Shown: positions 1 to 16,488 of the stretch, piece after piece
How positions within the stretch are numbered: the first letter of the stretch is position 1
How the letters are laid out: the number at the start of each line of letters is the position of its first letter
Assembly: GCA_049999805.1 (NCBI GenBank)
Contig: JBNGIO010006239.1
Location: 175,412-239,411, forward strand
DNA: 64,000 nt
Direction of reading: 5' to 3'
DNA from: Folioceros fuciformis
Lineage: Eukaryota
Position numbers and translations under genes: made by a program
Notes under the pieces: model-generated
Seen by the model: the letters and a program-made list of their open reading frames with translations, nothing else
What the model was told of the DNA's origin: nothing
Database searches by the model: none

Positions 1-1
1 G

Positions 2-3525
<3,524 letters not shown>

Positions 3526-4319
3526 AGAAAGCAAGAAACGTGCAGGTGTGCCCAGGGTCCAGTTTCTGATGCTGAGTGGATCACCTTTATCGATTATCAA
3601 ATGGTTGAAGTTGTGGTGTTGATTTGCACATCTGGATTCGGGTTGTTGCAGGCTGGCCGAGGAGATCTGTACATAAAGCCCCGCTCCTTCGCAGCTGGCC
3701 TTAATTCTGTGATGGTAAACTTTGGCCTATATTCTTTCAAGCTTCTGTTTACGCCTCTCTCGGAGGCTCAAGGGGGAGCCCAAAAAATTTGTCGGAAAGT
3801 CTTTCCTGTGGAGGATGTACACTACTAGATTGTTTTCTGTGTATTGACACATGGCTAGCTAGTTACATAGATATATCTAGCTCACGCCAGTTCAGACTGA
3901 ATTCTGGCTGTGCTAGCCATGGTTTTCGCCTGGGCAAAGGCTAATTTACCAGTATTCAAGTACGCCGTATTATTCNNNNNNNNNNNNNNNNNNNNNNNNN
4001 NNNNNNNNNNNNNNNNNNNNNNNNNNNNNNNNNNNNNNNNNNNNNNNNNNNNNNNNNNNNNNNNNNNNNNNNNNNATTCGAATAGCCTTGGCTGCGTCGC
4101 GTTTCATACGTCCCAGTCAATGAACACCATGCGATCAGGAGCAGCCCCGAGCAGCCTCACGCTCCGTCGGGCAGCGCGTCCAGCTCCGACAGCCCCGGGG
4201 CTAGGCTTGCAGGTGATGAAAGCCGCATTGCCCTGCTGTCTCGCCATTTCTTTGTCACGCACGCCCTCCCTCGCTCTCGCTTGTCGCACTCTCTGCGTTT
4301 CTACGTGCGAGACTGCAAG

Positions 4320-6937
4320 ATGGCACTCCTTTCGGTGCTCGTTTTTCTTGTCTTCGGATGGTTCGGTGTCCTGCCCTGTGCACGGGCGCAGGGGCCGCAA
4401 AATTACACGGATCCAAGGGTTCCTCTCGAGCAACGTGTGCTCGACTTGCTCGGCAGAATGAATCTAAGCGAGAAGGTTGGCCAAATGACACAGATCGACA
4501 TGAGAATCTGCTCCCAGTCCGTGATGCATGATTACCTCATCGGTAAGGCGGGATTCTTTCTTGCAGATCGGCCGAAGTGTAATCGGCTGCGGGGATTCCA
4601 CTGCGTTCAGATTGAGGCTGCCTGCATTGTCTCACAGCTTGACGGAGTGCATGATGCAGGGAGCGTGATCAATGGTGGAGGGGAGGTACCACGTCAAAAT
4701 GCTTCGGCGCGAGTCTGGGCCCAAATGATAGACGCCTACCAAGATGGCGCTCTGAGCACGAGGCTGCGAATCCCTTTGATATACGGCACTGACGCTATCC
4801 ATGGCAACAACAATATCTACGGCGCGACTATTTTCCCGCACAACGTTGGTTTGGGAGCCGCGGGGTACGTAGACCCCGACGTCTGACTGTGTGATGAAGT
4901 CCAGATTCTCATGGCGTGAAGTCGAGCTGGTTTGTCTGTACCGTGCTTTTGAATTGTGGCAGCGATCCGGAGCTGGTATACCGTATTTCTCTTGCTACAG
5001 CTCTGGAGATGAGGGCAGGTGGAATGCACTGGGCCTTCGCTCCCTGTGTAGCTGTTTGCCGCGATCCTCGATGGGGCCGCTGTTATGAGAGTTTCAGTGA
5101 GGATACAGACAGAGTGGCGAACATGACGACTGCTGTGAGCGGTCTGCAAGGCAATGTCTACGCAAGCAGTGGCTACTCAGAGAGTGCCGACCGTGGAACT
5201 CCGCTTTTCGGCAACCAAACTTACAACGGGCTTAGGTGAGAACCGCATTTCTGTGGACCGTACACCTAACTTGTGGGGCTTTCGTTTTCTCTCTTGTAAC
5301 CTGTCAGCGATCACCGGGATGGGTTGAATTGGCTTTGTGGAAGCAGCGTTGCATCCTGCGCCAAGCATTTCGTTGGAGACGGCGGCACGACGCAGGGCAT
5401 CAATGCGGGTAACACCACGATGAGCTATAGGGATCTGGTCAGGATCCACGCGAAGCCTTACATGGAAGCCGTTAATCGAGGAGTGGCCACAGTTATGCTC
5501 TCCTACAACAGCTGGCATGGCCAGAAAATGCACGCCAACCGATACCTCATTAGTCACTTCTTGAAGGAGGAGCTCCAATTCAAGGTGAGCTGCTTGCACG
5601 GGCAATCAGATTGCAGGGGATCAGGATTCAAATAGAAGTCGCCAGCCGTAACGAAAGTCCTGGGTCTAATTCGTGTGGAGCCCTTGGGTTTGCTTCGCAG
5701 GGATTTACAGTCTCCGACTGGCAGGGGATTGACAGGATTACTTCTCCTCCATTTTCGAACTACAATCTCTCAGTTCTAATGAGTATTAATGCCGGACTTG
5801 ACATGGTCAGTTACGTAAAATCTCTGGCAGGATCCCTGAGATTGTCTGTCATTGAGCGGGCCTTCCTCATGTACACTCTTCGCAATCTTTCTGCCAGGTC
5901 ATGGTTCCCGACGACTATCCTACATTCATCAGAACTTTGATGGACCTGGTTGAAAGCGGCGCAATTAGCATACAGAGAATTAATGATGCCGTTACCCGGA
6001 TCTTGCGAGTGAAATTCATGTTGGGCTTGTTTGAACATCCTTACTCGAGTCCGGAGCTTGCTGAGGCTATTGGTCAAGAGGTAGCTATCTTGTTCTCAGC
6101 ACAACAGCCACTTTCAATCAGAAATTAACTCGCAACATGTACAACTATTCTTGCAGTCTCACAGAGAATTGGCAAGAGAAGCAGTCCGCAAGTCCATGGT
6201 TCTGCTTCAAAACAGGGACGTCAATGGGACTGCTCTTTTGCCTCTTTCGAAGAACGCGTCAAGGATCTTGGTTGCAGGCACCCACGCAAACGACGTCGGC
6301 TTGCAATGTGGAGGGTGGACAATTACCTGGCAAGGAGCTCGGGGCAACAACTGGACCATCGGTACTCTCACTGGCTAGCCTTACACCCTTCATGAGTGTG
6401 GTTTTGGTGTGTTGTATCTGTGCCGGGCTCTGACCATCGATCACCTGTATAACAGGCGCCACGACCATTCTTCAGGGAATCCAGAATGCTGTGTCAGCAT
6501 CTACAGAGGTGGTGTACGACGCCCACCCAGACCAGGCGTCTGTAGCCAGCATGGGACCGTTTGATTACGCTATTGTTGCGGTTGGGGAGCAGCCCTATGC
6601 TGAGTCCGTCGGCGACAACATGAACAACCTGACGATTCCAGGCCCAGGCCGCCACATCATCAGAAACGTGTGCAATTCTGTTCCTTGCGTTGTGGTGCTC
6701 ATTTCCGGCAGACCGCTGGTTGTAAAGCCTTTCCTTTCCATCATCAAAAGCCTGGTTGCGGCGTGGTTACCAGGTTCTGAAGCGGGCTCAGGCATAGCAG
6801 ACGTCCTCTTCGGAGACTACAACTTCGTTGGCAGAACGCCTTTCACCTGGTTTCATAACGTTACCGACCTGCCAATGCCCTTTGAAACAAACAACTACAA
6901 GCCCCTGTATCCGTACTTGCATGGACTTAGTTATTAA
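4320..6937 (+). CDS. Glycoside hydrolase family 3 beta-glucosidase / exo-beta-glucanase, likely secreted; multi-exon
   Basis: Hydrophobic signal peptide [23 protein letters not shown], then [45 protein letters not shown], nucleophile motif SDW and GEQPYAE. Stop TAA at 6935-6937. Confidence 0.95.
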
Positions 6938-7221
6938 GCTCGGGGTGGATACATGGGGACATTGTCCAGGATTTTCTTCGAAATAAATATTGATAACGAT
7001 TGCAATTTTACGTTCGGCACGCATGTAGTGTAATTCGTTCGTTAATTTAAAATATTATATATTTGAAGTAAATATCTTAAATAACTAATTTATAAAGTGA
7101 GTGGGATCTGGAAAAATTGGAGACTTTACTGTAACACATAAGCTAGAACCAATCCATCTATCCTAAGATAGAGGTAAGGATACAAGGGATGAAAACTAAC
7201 ATGGACTTAATTTTTTTTACA

Positions 7222-7366
7222 CCAAGAACAATGGAAAGAATCTACATCATCTTCCCTAAAAACAACAATGGGAAGAATCTACATCATCTTTCCTAAGAAT
7301 AATATCGGGAAAAATCTACATCATCTTTCCTAAGAACAATAACGGGAAGAATATATATCTTCCCTA
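7222..7366. repeat. 37-bp tandem repeat, about 3.7 copies, in an AT-rich intergenic patch
   Basis: Core tctacatcatctt(c/t)cctaa recurs at 7241, 7278 and 7315, with a degenerate fourth copy near 7352. Confidence 0.85.
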
Positions 7367-8115
7367 CGATTAAGGAGAAAATAACAAAGTAGGATGGATC
7401 TATGTACCCAAGACAGAGGGAGTAACCTTTGCAAAAATCACAACATCATGACGGACTAACCTCTATTATTCCCTATAATCAAGATCATATTACCCGATCC
7501 TGGATTTGAGAAGCCAAGCTATAGCTCTAGGAACAGGACTTGGACTTCATTTGTGTGCTTTATTTTATACTAACCTTAAAATTCAGCTTGGCTTTTTGCC
7601 CAAGAGTTTTCATCATGCATAGATAGTTAGAGGAGAGTGTTAAGTGTGTATGTACATATTGAGGTGATTGATCGAAATTTAATGTTATGATCCGAGTGTC
7701 TTGCCGTAGGCGCGCGACGAGCAAAGCTGCGCCAAATGCGTTCAATTTCAAACACCTTGGAAGATCGCATCTCTCTACGTGTTGTCCCTTCTTTCCCGCC
7801 AGGCAACCAGCAACATCAAGTGGTCCGACCAGCCATTGCATGTAGCTGGTGCTCAAATTCTGGTCTACGTCACACACACAGTAGGGACGAGTGTGGTGTT
7901 GCGGGAGGTTGGAGTATGCGGTGTCTGCTGGTGTGCATTGGACTTGGTTTGTCACCAGATTTCAGTTCGGAAGGGCGGACAATGCTTTGCGCTGTAGACC
8001 ATCCAATTCCAACACGCATCGCCTTGTTCAGCTTGTGTATGGGCCTCAATGATTGCCCGTCGCTGAAAATTTGTTTATCTGCTCTACAGAATTAGTACAG
8101 GTTGCACAGTGTCGG

Positions 8116-8150
8116 AAGGCAAGGCACGGCAAGGCAAGGCAAGGCAAGGC
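8116..8150 (+). repeat. (AAGGC)n microsatellite just upstream of the CHD start codon
   Basis: Seven pentamers (one is ACGGC), ending 11 nt before the ATG at 8162. Confidence 0.85.
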
Positions 8151-8161
8151 TGCATACCAGT

Positions 8162-11100
8162 ATGAAGCTCCGTGAGAGGAAGGTTGTTGTGGAAGCTTCT
8201 GGCCATGTTGACAAGAGCGCCGGTGTTGAAAAGTATTGCGAAGGTGAAAATGCAGACGATGATGTGGACGAGATCGAGGACGCGGCGACGGACGGCACGG
8301 CTAGAGCTGATGACATCTCTGCGGACTCGTCCGACCGAGGCGGTGGGATGGGCGTGGCCACCTCCGGGGGGAAGGTGAAGCGCTCACGGAAGGCCAAGCT
8401 GGTTAGAGGCGCGTCCGGCAAGAAGGCGGACGCCAATTCGCGAGGTCAGTCCATACTTAAGTATGTGAAGCCTAAAATCAACAATCCGGGNNNNNNNNNN
8501 NNNNNNNNNNNNNNNNNNNNNNNNNNNNNNNNNNNNNNNNNNNNNNNNNNNNNNNNNNNNNNNNNNNNNNNNNNNNNNNNNNNNNNNNNNCGATGGCCCC
8601 TGCGAAGCTCAGGAGAGTGATAGCGACGACGGGGTATTCGTCGTATCCCACCGCAAGTCCGTCTTGATCAGCAGGAAACGGAAGGTCCTCGCGCAGCCTG
8701 GGGAGGAGAAGAAGCTGCGGGAGGGCTTACGGGACGCTAGGGTAATTCGGTACAGAGACATGTCCTCCGCTGATGAATTGGAGGAGGAGAAAGAAGAGGA
8801 AGGCCAGGCGGCCTATATGCAACAAGAGCAGCCTACGCCCAGCAGGAGTGCAGGACAGGTGTGCTACAGCCGCAGGAAGAAAGACGCCGTTACTCCTGAC
8901 GGGGTGGGGAACGCCATGCCCCCGGACGAACATTGTCAGGATAACCCCAGGCCTGAGCCCGTGAAGCAGTACAAGAGGTTGCGGAAGAGGGTCGGCAGCC
9001 CCACATCCCCGGGTCTGGACGATTTCTCTGCGGTCGTGCATTCGCACGATAGGAAAGTGAGGCAGCGCAAGAAAATTGGAGACCCACAGCCTCGCTCGTT
9101 TGAAGGGCGACAGAGCAGTCCTGTGAGGAAGCAGCCGTCCAGATCTTGCGCACGGAAGCAAAATCTGGATGAGTCTGCAGACGAGGAGGCTTACTATGCG
9201 TCAGAGGACGAGGAGCCATATCATCGGCCCTCAAAGCACAGCAAGGGTGAGGCAACGGATATGAGCATCCCATATCAGGGTGAGGAGACTGTGGAATTGG
9301 AAACCTTCCCTTACAAAGTTGACCAGTATGGTTTGTGTTCCTTTCACGGTGATTATACGCCACCTAAGAAGAGGTTTGTCGGGTCTGTGGAGAAGATCCT
9401 GTCAGCAAGGACCACGTCTGAGCATGGGCGCGTCTTCTGTGTGAAGGAGCACCAGAAGAGCTACAGATCTGTGAGCTATGTTACGGAGAAGCAGTTGCAG
9501 CAGCAAAGTGCCCAGCTACTTAGAAATTTTTTGAAACGCCTGGACTCTCTTGGCCGTACTCAGGGACATGCCGGGGATGACGGGGAGAGTCCTGCATTCG
9601 ATCCTCACTTCATCCAGGTCGACAGGATAATTAGCTTCAAGAACAAGTTTTCCAAGAAGTGCTATTTAGTGAAGTGGAAAAATCTACCTTACACTGATTG
9701 CACGTGGGAGGAGGAAATTGCATTACGCTTTGATCGCCATGCGATCGACCGTTTTTTGCTCACCAGCAAGCCTGGCACACATTTTGAATCCTGGAAACTC
9801 AAGTCTCCTTTCAAAGATGGCAGGACCTTGCGAAGCTATCAGGAGGAAGGAGTGTCCTGGTTGGATCATGAATATGAAAGCAAGATGAATTGCATTCTCG
9901 CGGACGAAATGGGATTAGGAAAAACTATTCAGGTCAGTCATCTGCGTGCATAGCTTTGTCTCTTGTTTGCCCTTGCACGCAGATAATCGTGCAGGCTCTG
10001 ACTGAAAGGCCTCCGTTTTCTACTGTATTCAGTCTGTTGCCATGATTGAGAACCTGCGGTCCAAGCGAAAAAAGCAGGGTCCATTTTTGGTGGTGGCACC
10101 AGTCTCAACGATGGGGCACTGGCAAAGGGAAGTGCAATCTCTGACCACCATGAACTGTGTGGTGTATGGAGGGAACCAAGAGGATAGAGAGATGATCAGG
10201 AAGTTTGAATTTTTTTACGACAACAGCACACGGCCAAAATTTCATGTATGAAGAATTTGTGTGAAAGAAAGTATTGTGACGTTTTTCGATTTCTCGACAA
10301 GATGTGAAGGTTGTGTCCAACTGTCTTGGGATTGTACTTGCTTTATCTTTTGGCAGGTTCTACTGACAAGCTTTGAGATACTCATGAAGGACCAAACATG
10401 GCTCTCAAAGCACAACTGGGAGTATGTAATTATTGATGAGGCTCACCGGTAGGGAGTAGTGCTTCAGTTTGGCTCATAAACTTGTGCCCGTGCTTTGTTT
10501 GAGACTTTCTTCAAATGTTTTTGACAGTAGTGGGCTGTATGGTTATGGTGGTTCAGATTGAAAGCTAAGGATTCCAAAACAACTTCTGCTGTGAGGCTGG
10601 TTGTCAAACATGTTGTGCCAGGAGGACTGCTTTTGCTGACTGGAACTCCGGTTCAGAACAACATGAAAGAAATCTTGTAATACTTCTGTACAAGTGTGCG
10701 GTGCCTCTATTCGTGTGACTAGCTTGTCTGCAAAGCTTATGGACTGATTTTGAGTTCTTGTTTTGTGTTCACAGTGGACTATTGAATCTCTTGGATCCTG
10801 TGACATTTGGCTCTGAGGAAGTATTTTTGTCCAAGTATGGAGATTTGAAGGATGCAGGACAGGTGGCTGCTTCAAAGTGCTTGGATTGTATACAAGGCTT
10901 GTATGCTAAGACTTGTGCTGCGCCTTTATGTTTCTCTTTCCAACTGTGGTGCCCATCTCCCGTAGGTGAATGAGCTTCAGGAGCAAGTTCTCAGACCCAG
11001 ACTTCTGCGGCGTCTCAAAGAAGATGTTGAGAAAAGCATCCCACAGAAGGAGGAGGTATACTCACGGATCTCGGATGAATGGCATTTAAAATGATTTTTA

Positions 11101-14100
11101 CTTTACTTTGTAATCCCAAGTGGTGCCTGTGTTGAAAAAGCTCTGTCGTCTAGCCGACGTAATGAACAAGTAAAGAGCTCCTTGAAATGCAGTCAACTCC
11201 AGAGCTTGGGTGCATTTGCTGAACATGTCAGAAGTGTGCACAACATCTGTGTGGGCATTCAGTTACCCAATCCCTCTCATGACCGGTGTTGTAACTTCAG
11301 ACAATCATTTGGGTAGAGCTTACTAAAGACCAGCGAGTTTATTACAAGGCCATTTATGAAAATGCTGTACCCCAATTGTTGAAAGGGTCTCAGAGTGGCA
11401 ACATGTCTAGTCTTCGTAATGTGGTAAGTTTGTGTATGTAGGTTACTTGAAACGCACAATGGTCTTGAGTTTTAGTTCCTAAACGGGTGATAGTGTGGAA
11501 TATGCTGACTCGTGCACTTCCGTGCTACAGGCCATGGAGCTCAGGAAGGTCTGCAATCATCCTTTTTTGTGCAATGGACTCGAGAATGATCTAGTTCTGA
11601 AGCATAAGAAGAAAGCGGATAACATGCAAAAGCTGCTCAGAGAGTCTTCAGGGAAAATGATTTTAGTGGATAAGCTGCTGCCAAGTCTTAAAGATGCTGG
11701 TCGGCGTGTTCTCATTTTTTCCCAGGTGCGTGAATGGCTGTAAATGAGGTTTTACTTTCGCCATCAGGATGAAGAATGTCAACCCATGGTGGTCGATGGC
11801 AGTTTACAATCATGCTGGATTTGTTGGAGGATTATCTTGTGTCAAAGCAGTACTCCTATGAGAGGATCGATGGAAAGATCAGAGGCACAGATAGACAGGT
11901 TTGTGGTTCTCAACATTTTTTCCTGTTTATTATCGGCCATTAACAAGTTTTCTGGTCTATTACTGCTTGGTGCATTCAGTCGCTACTGTTGCCTTGCTAA
12001 TCAGTAACTTTGAAAACAATGTGCAGGCTGCAATTGATCGATATTCTGCAAAGGGGAGTGACATTTTTGTTTTCCTACTCAGTACTCGAGCAGGTGGCTT
12101 AGGCATTACATTGACTGCAGTAAGTACCCACATCCATTGCTTCTCTTCTCAAAGAAAGCACTCACTTTTCCGTCCCACGGGATGATTGCGCCTGACATCT
12201 CTAATTTGATCTGGATTCTATGCTGCAGGCAGATACATGCATCATTTATGATTCGGATTGGAACCCACAAAATGATCTCCAAGCTATGGCTCGTTGTCAC
12301 CGGTCAGTCAAAGCTTTGCAGTTGCTTTTGATGCAAAACGTGGCATTAAACTCGATTCAGATAATTCATTGGATTCATGATGCATCTTTTGTCGTTGTTC
12401 AGGATCGGCCAAACGAAGGACGTTCGTATTTACCGACTGATAACCAGGAGAACTTATGAGCAGCAGCTGTTTGAATGCTCATCCAAGAAGTATGGACTTG
12501 ATGAGGCCATTCTTGGGAATAGATTAGGTGCAGACGCTGTTAATGATGAGCACATGAAAAATATTGAGAACCTTCTAAAAAATGGTGCTTATGACATCTT
12601 GAAGGTAATCACTCCACTGTATGAAAAACCAGTTTGCTTTATTTGTTTTCGGTCCAAAGCTATAGGGCTCACCTGTAATTGCTCTGGACAGGATGATGGT
12701 GAAGCAGATGCATTTAGTGCTCAGAATATCGACCAGATCCTTGAGCAGCGAACTCAGAAGCGATTAATTGGAGGGTAATTGCATTAACCGTCTTCCATTT
12801 CCAATTTGTCTTACTTTTTATGTGTTATACAAGACGTAAGGCTGACTTCAATTGTAATCACCACCTATTTCTATCATCAGGAGTGGCTGCAACACCTTTT
12901 CCGTTGCAACCTTTGCTGCTAATGAAGAAGCTGAAGATGCTGACCCTGAGCCCACTCCGGTTGGGCAAAGTACAGAGGAGTTTTGGAAAGATCTATTTCC
13001 TGAAGCTTATGAGGTCCATAAAGCAACCAAAGCGTCAAAGAGACTTAAAGCATCAAATGCTGTGCAGCAACAAGATGCTTGCATCGGTCGACGTCGAAGA
13101 GCCCGAATAGACTACACTGAAATTCGGCAGGCGTCAGATGATGAGGCAGCAGATGGGCAAAAGAAAGCAGATCTCAAGAAACCAGCCGGTGGTACCGATG
13201 CTAACACACCTGGTGATAAGTCCTCAGAATCCTCGTCCGAAGAGGATGAACCATGGTCTGAGTTGGAGTTGAAGCGTCTTGAGGAGCGTATGATGAGTTT
13301 TGGGAGGAATCAAATAGGTAATTTGAGTCAGCCACAGTACATGACGCCTTTCACATCAGTTGACGTCCGTTGTTGTTGAATTGGTTTGCCGGATTCAGCC
13401 CGCACACTATGCCCACAAAGGTTTTGACCCCATTTGTACTTTCCAACAGAGCAAATACGAGCGGATGCTCGCCTCCAGGATCGTAGCATGGAAGAAGTGG
13501 AAGAAGTGATGGAGGCACTGGTTACATTTTGCCAGAATGTGCAAACTGAATCAGAGTCCAGTAAGGAGAAGACTGAGAATAAGCAAGATGGACAAAGTAA
13601 CAGTTCCCCATCTCCAAGCGTGGACCTGGAAAATGAGGCGCAAAAATATATCAAGCTAATGCCGGCATTGCCTTCATGCGTTGAAACTGCTATGAAAGCA
13701 TCAGCCAGCATTGAGCGGTTGAAAAAGAATGCAACAAGGCAAGCCAATTCTTTAGCTGACTATTTGTTTGATGTAATTTCCAGAGCAAGCCTTCTGCTGT
13801 TGGTTGGTTGACAGCAGTGCAAACTGACTACGAGTTGTTTGTTTGCCAGGTTGTTACACCGGCTTCATGAACGCAAAGTCCTTGCTGACTTTTTGAATTC
13901 GGGTGCTGAAGTTCCATGTCTGGCAAACAGGTCAGTTGCAATGCTTTCGTGTACGTTCGTCTATCTGAGCTACTGAGATGCTTCTTTAAGTTGTAAGGTG
14001 ACATGGAATGAGGGTCAATTTTTTTGTTGCAGGCAAAACAAGCTACCAAATTGGTGGGGGGAAGGAAAGGAGGACTTGGATCTACTTAGGGGAGCATTTC

Positions 14101-15876
14101 ATCATGGTCACCACAAGTTCAAGAAAATAAAGTGAGCTGATCCCCTCGATCCTGCTTTAGTTATTGTTTGTTGATAAGAAGGTTCACTGTCACAACCGTA
14201 CACAATTCATGTGGAGGTACTCAATTAGGTGCATGTTTTGCACAGGGAGGATACAACCTTGGTTTTCCACCGAAGGGTGGCACAATTTGGTGCTGAGACT
14301 TGGCCCTCAGATGCGGTCTTAACCTCTAGGCTTAGGAAAGTTATACAGGCATTGTCAACTGGGAATCCTGACACAGGTGGTAAGAGAAAAGCTGCAGAAA
14401 TGGAGGCCAAGGCTGACGTGATGAACCAAAAAGCGTTACCAAGTGCTGATGTCCCAACTGAAAAGAATGTGGTCAGGGTTGGGGCTCAGAATGATGCGGA
14501 GGCTAAGGTTGTCACGTGTGATGACTCTGATGAAGAGGCATTCGTAGTTCTTTTGACCCCTGGTAAAGCTCAGGCTAAGAAAGAGAACAGAACGAGTGCT
14601 TTGAAACTGGAGTTGCCGCTGGAACCAGAGAGAATGGACGCCATGGATGATGAGGAAGAGAAGATTGCTGTAAAGAAAGCTAAGGCAGAGGAGTCAAGAC
14701 ATAAGAGGCAAATGCAGCTCAAGAGTGTTCAATGGCACAACCAAATCAAAGCTGCTAGTGCTAAGGCCCATGCCATGTTGGGTACAAGGCAAGTATATCT
14801 TAAGACTTTGATATCACATTTCTGTCCAAGGAAAGGGATCAGTAGAGGGTGGCCTATCAATCTCTTCAACTATCATTTGTCCAACTTCGAGAATCTTTTG
14901 GCGTACGCTGTATCTGGCAAATTGTTGCTAGATTCTATAAGGTACCATCTGTACTCATACCGGATTTGGATGCAGCATGGTGGACGTGACTCAAGCAAGC
15001 AAAGCCACGTTTGCTCTTTCCTCTGAGGATGACTTCCTGCGAACACAGGATGCAGCTTCACACTTTGATGAGTGTGAGGCTGCCACAAGAAAAGCGATAC
15101 TCTCCAGGTATGGGAGACGCTCCTTATGAGGAAGTTCTGCGGTTCGTTTCCATATGTTCAGTACACTGTTTTGCCGATTAGTCCTACTTTATGGACGTGG
15201 AACTTGACATTATTTTGCAGTGGCTATGTGGACAAGCGACGGCAGCACGGCAAGGTGTTTCCAGATTTGACGCAAGTTAAACAGTCAGCGCCTTTAATGG
15301 GTATGAAGCAGCTGGTTCGCCATATCTCACCAAGTTCTTATGTGAAAGAGCATGAAGATATGGCAATTGCAGCTCTGCCACTGGAGAAACCAGTGTCCAA
15401 GGTCAACTAGCTTGAACCTTAGATGAAGTAACTTTGAAGACTCTAGATTGAATTCACCTAATCTCAGAGCATAAGAACATGACAGAACTACTGATTCGGA
15501 TTCTGACCTTGAAGGTCCATCATCTCATGACAATGGTGTCATGCAGCTGTTCAGCATGAAGTATCTTGCACTCTTCTTACGCTGAGATTTTATTTTGCAG
15601 GTGGAAAGTCTGCACAGGAGCCAGACATCATCATCCTCGATGATGATTGACAGTAGTAACAAGGTATGATTATACTGAGTCCTTGGGTTTTGTTTGGACC
15701 TTGTGCCTTTAGCAGACGCTGTTTCCCTCACTTTTCTCTCTTCTTTTGACAAGGAGAATGAGCTGCCACAGCTGAAGAAAATGCCCCGGAATCCTGATTT
15801 CACTTCCAGGATTTCAAAACCCAATCACAAACAGCAGACCTTGCTTCCATTTTTGACGAAGCAGCCGCCACTTTAA
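8162..15876 (+). CDS. Chromodomain-helicase-DNA-binding SNF2 remodeler, CHD6-9/Kismet-like; multi-exon, spans N gap 8491-8590
   Basis: Tandem chromodomains (VEKIL..., [16 protein letters not shown]), [111 protein letters not shown] and [15 protein letters not shown]. Stop TAA at 15874-15876. The start and the part across the gap are less certain. Confidence 0.88.
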
Positions 15877-16488
15877 AAGGAAGCCAAGTCGTCGAGCAGG
15901 CTTCGTCCTGTCCGCGGTGTATATGCACTCTGAATATTCCTCCAGGAATTGGACTTGCAACAGGTTAACACCTCCAGACTGGGGATGTTTGCAACTAATT
16001 ATATGACCTGATCAGCTTGTCACAAAGCATCGAGCTAATTCAGAACCCGGCCCTAGGCCACAATTTGTTGCCGCGTCCGCTATTATGTGAGCACAAGCTC
16101 AAGTGAAAGGTCTCTTGACTTGGTTGTACATGACGAAGGCCAGTGTAGTTTGTCAACTAGGACTGAAACAATTATCTTTAGTGCATTGTACATTATTGAC
16201 CACGTGTACAGTTCACGGGCTTTATCACCAGTGAAATGATGAGGGGACTTTTTTTCGGTGACAAATGATCGATAGTGGAACTTACCTAGATAAATGCCAG
16301 TGCATTTGTGTATCTCTGTGCAGATAAAAGAGAAACATAAGTATATCGCGCAAGGCTTCAATTTCAGTCGGAGTCGAAATTGGTTTGAGATATATATGCA
16401 TCTAGATTGGAAGGGATGCTGCTTTTGCTGACGAGGTCGTCCTTAATTTCCTCCACACTTGAGATGAGGAGCTGCAAAGGACGTTTGT

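Noticed and set aside
7700-8095. Short ORFs upstream of the CHD gene
   Set aside because: No recognisable motif or consistent exon structure; probably promoter/UTR sequence.
14789-14794. Second GC donor (AG|GCAAGT) in the CHD gene
   Set aside because: A canonical GT donor at 14793 gives the phase needed to join [15 protein letters not shown], so a GC donor is not required.
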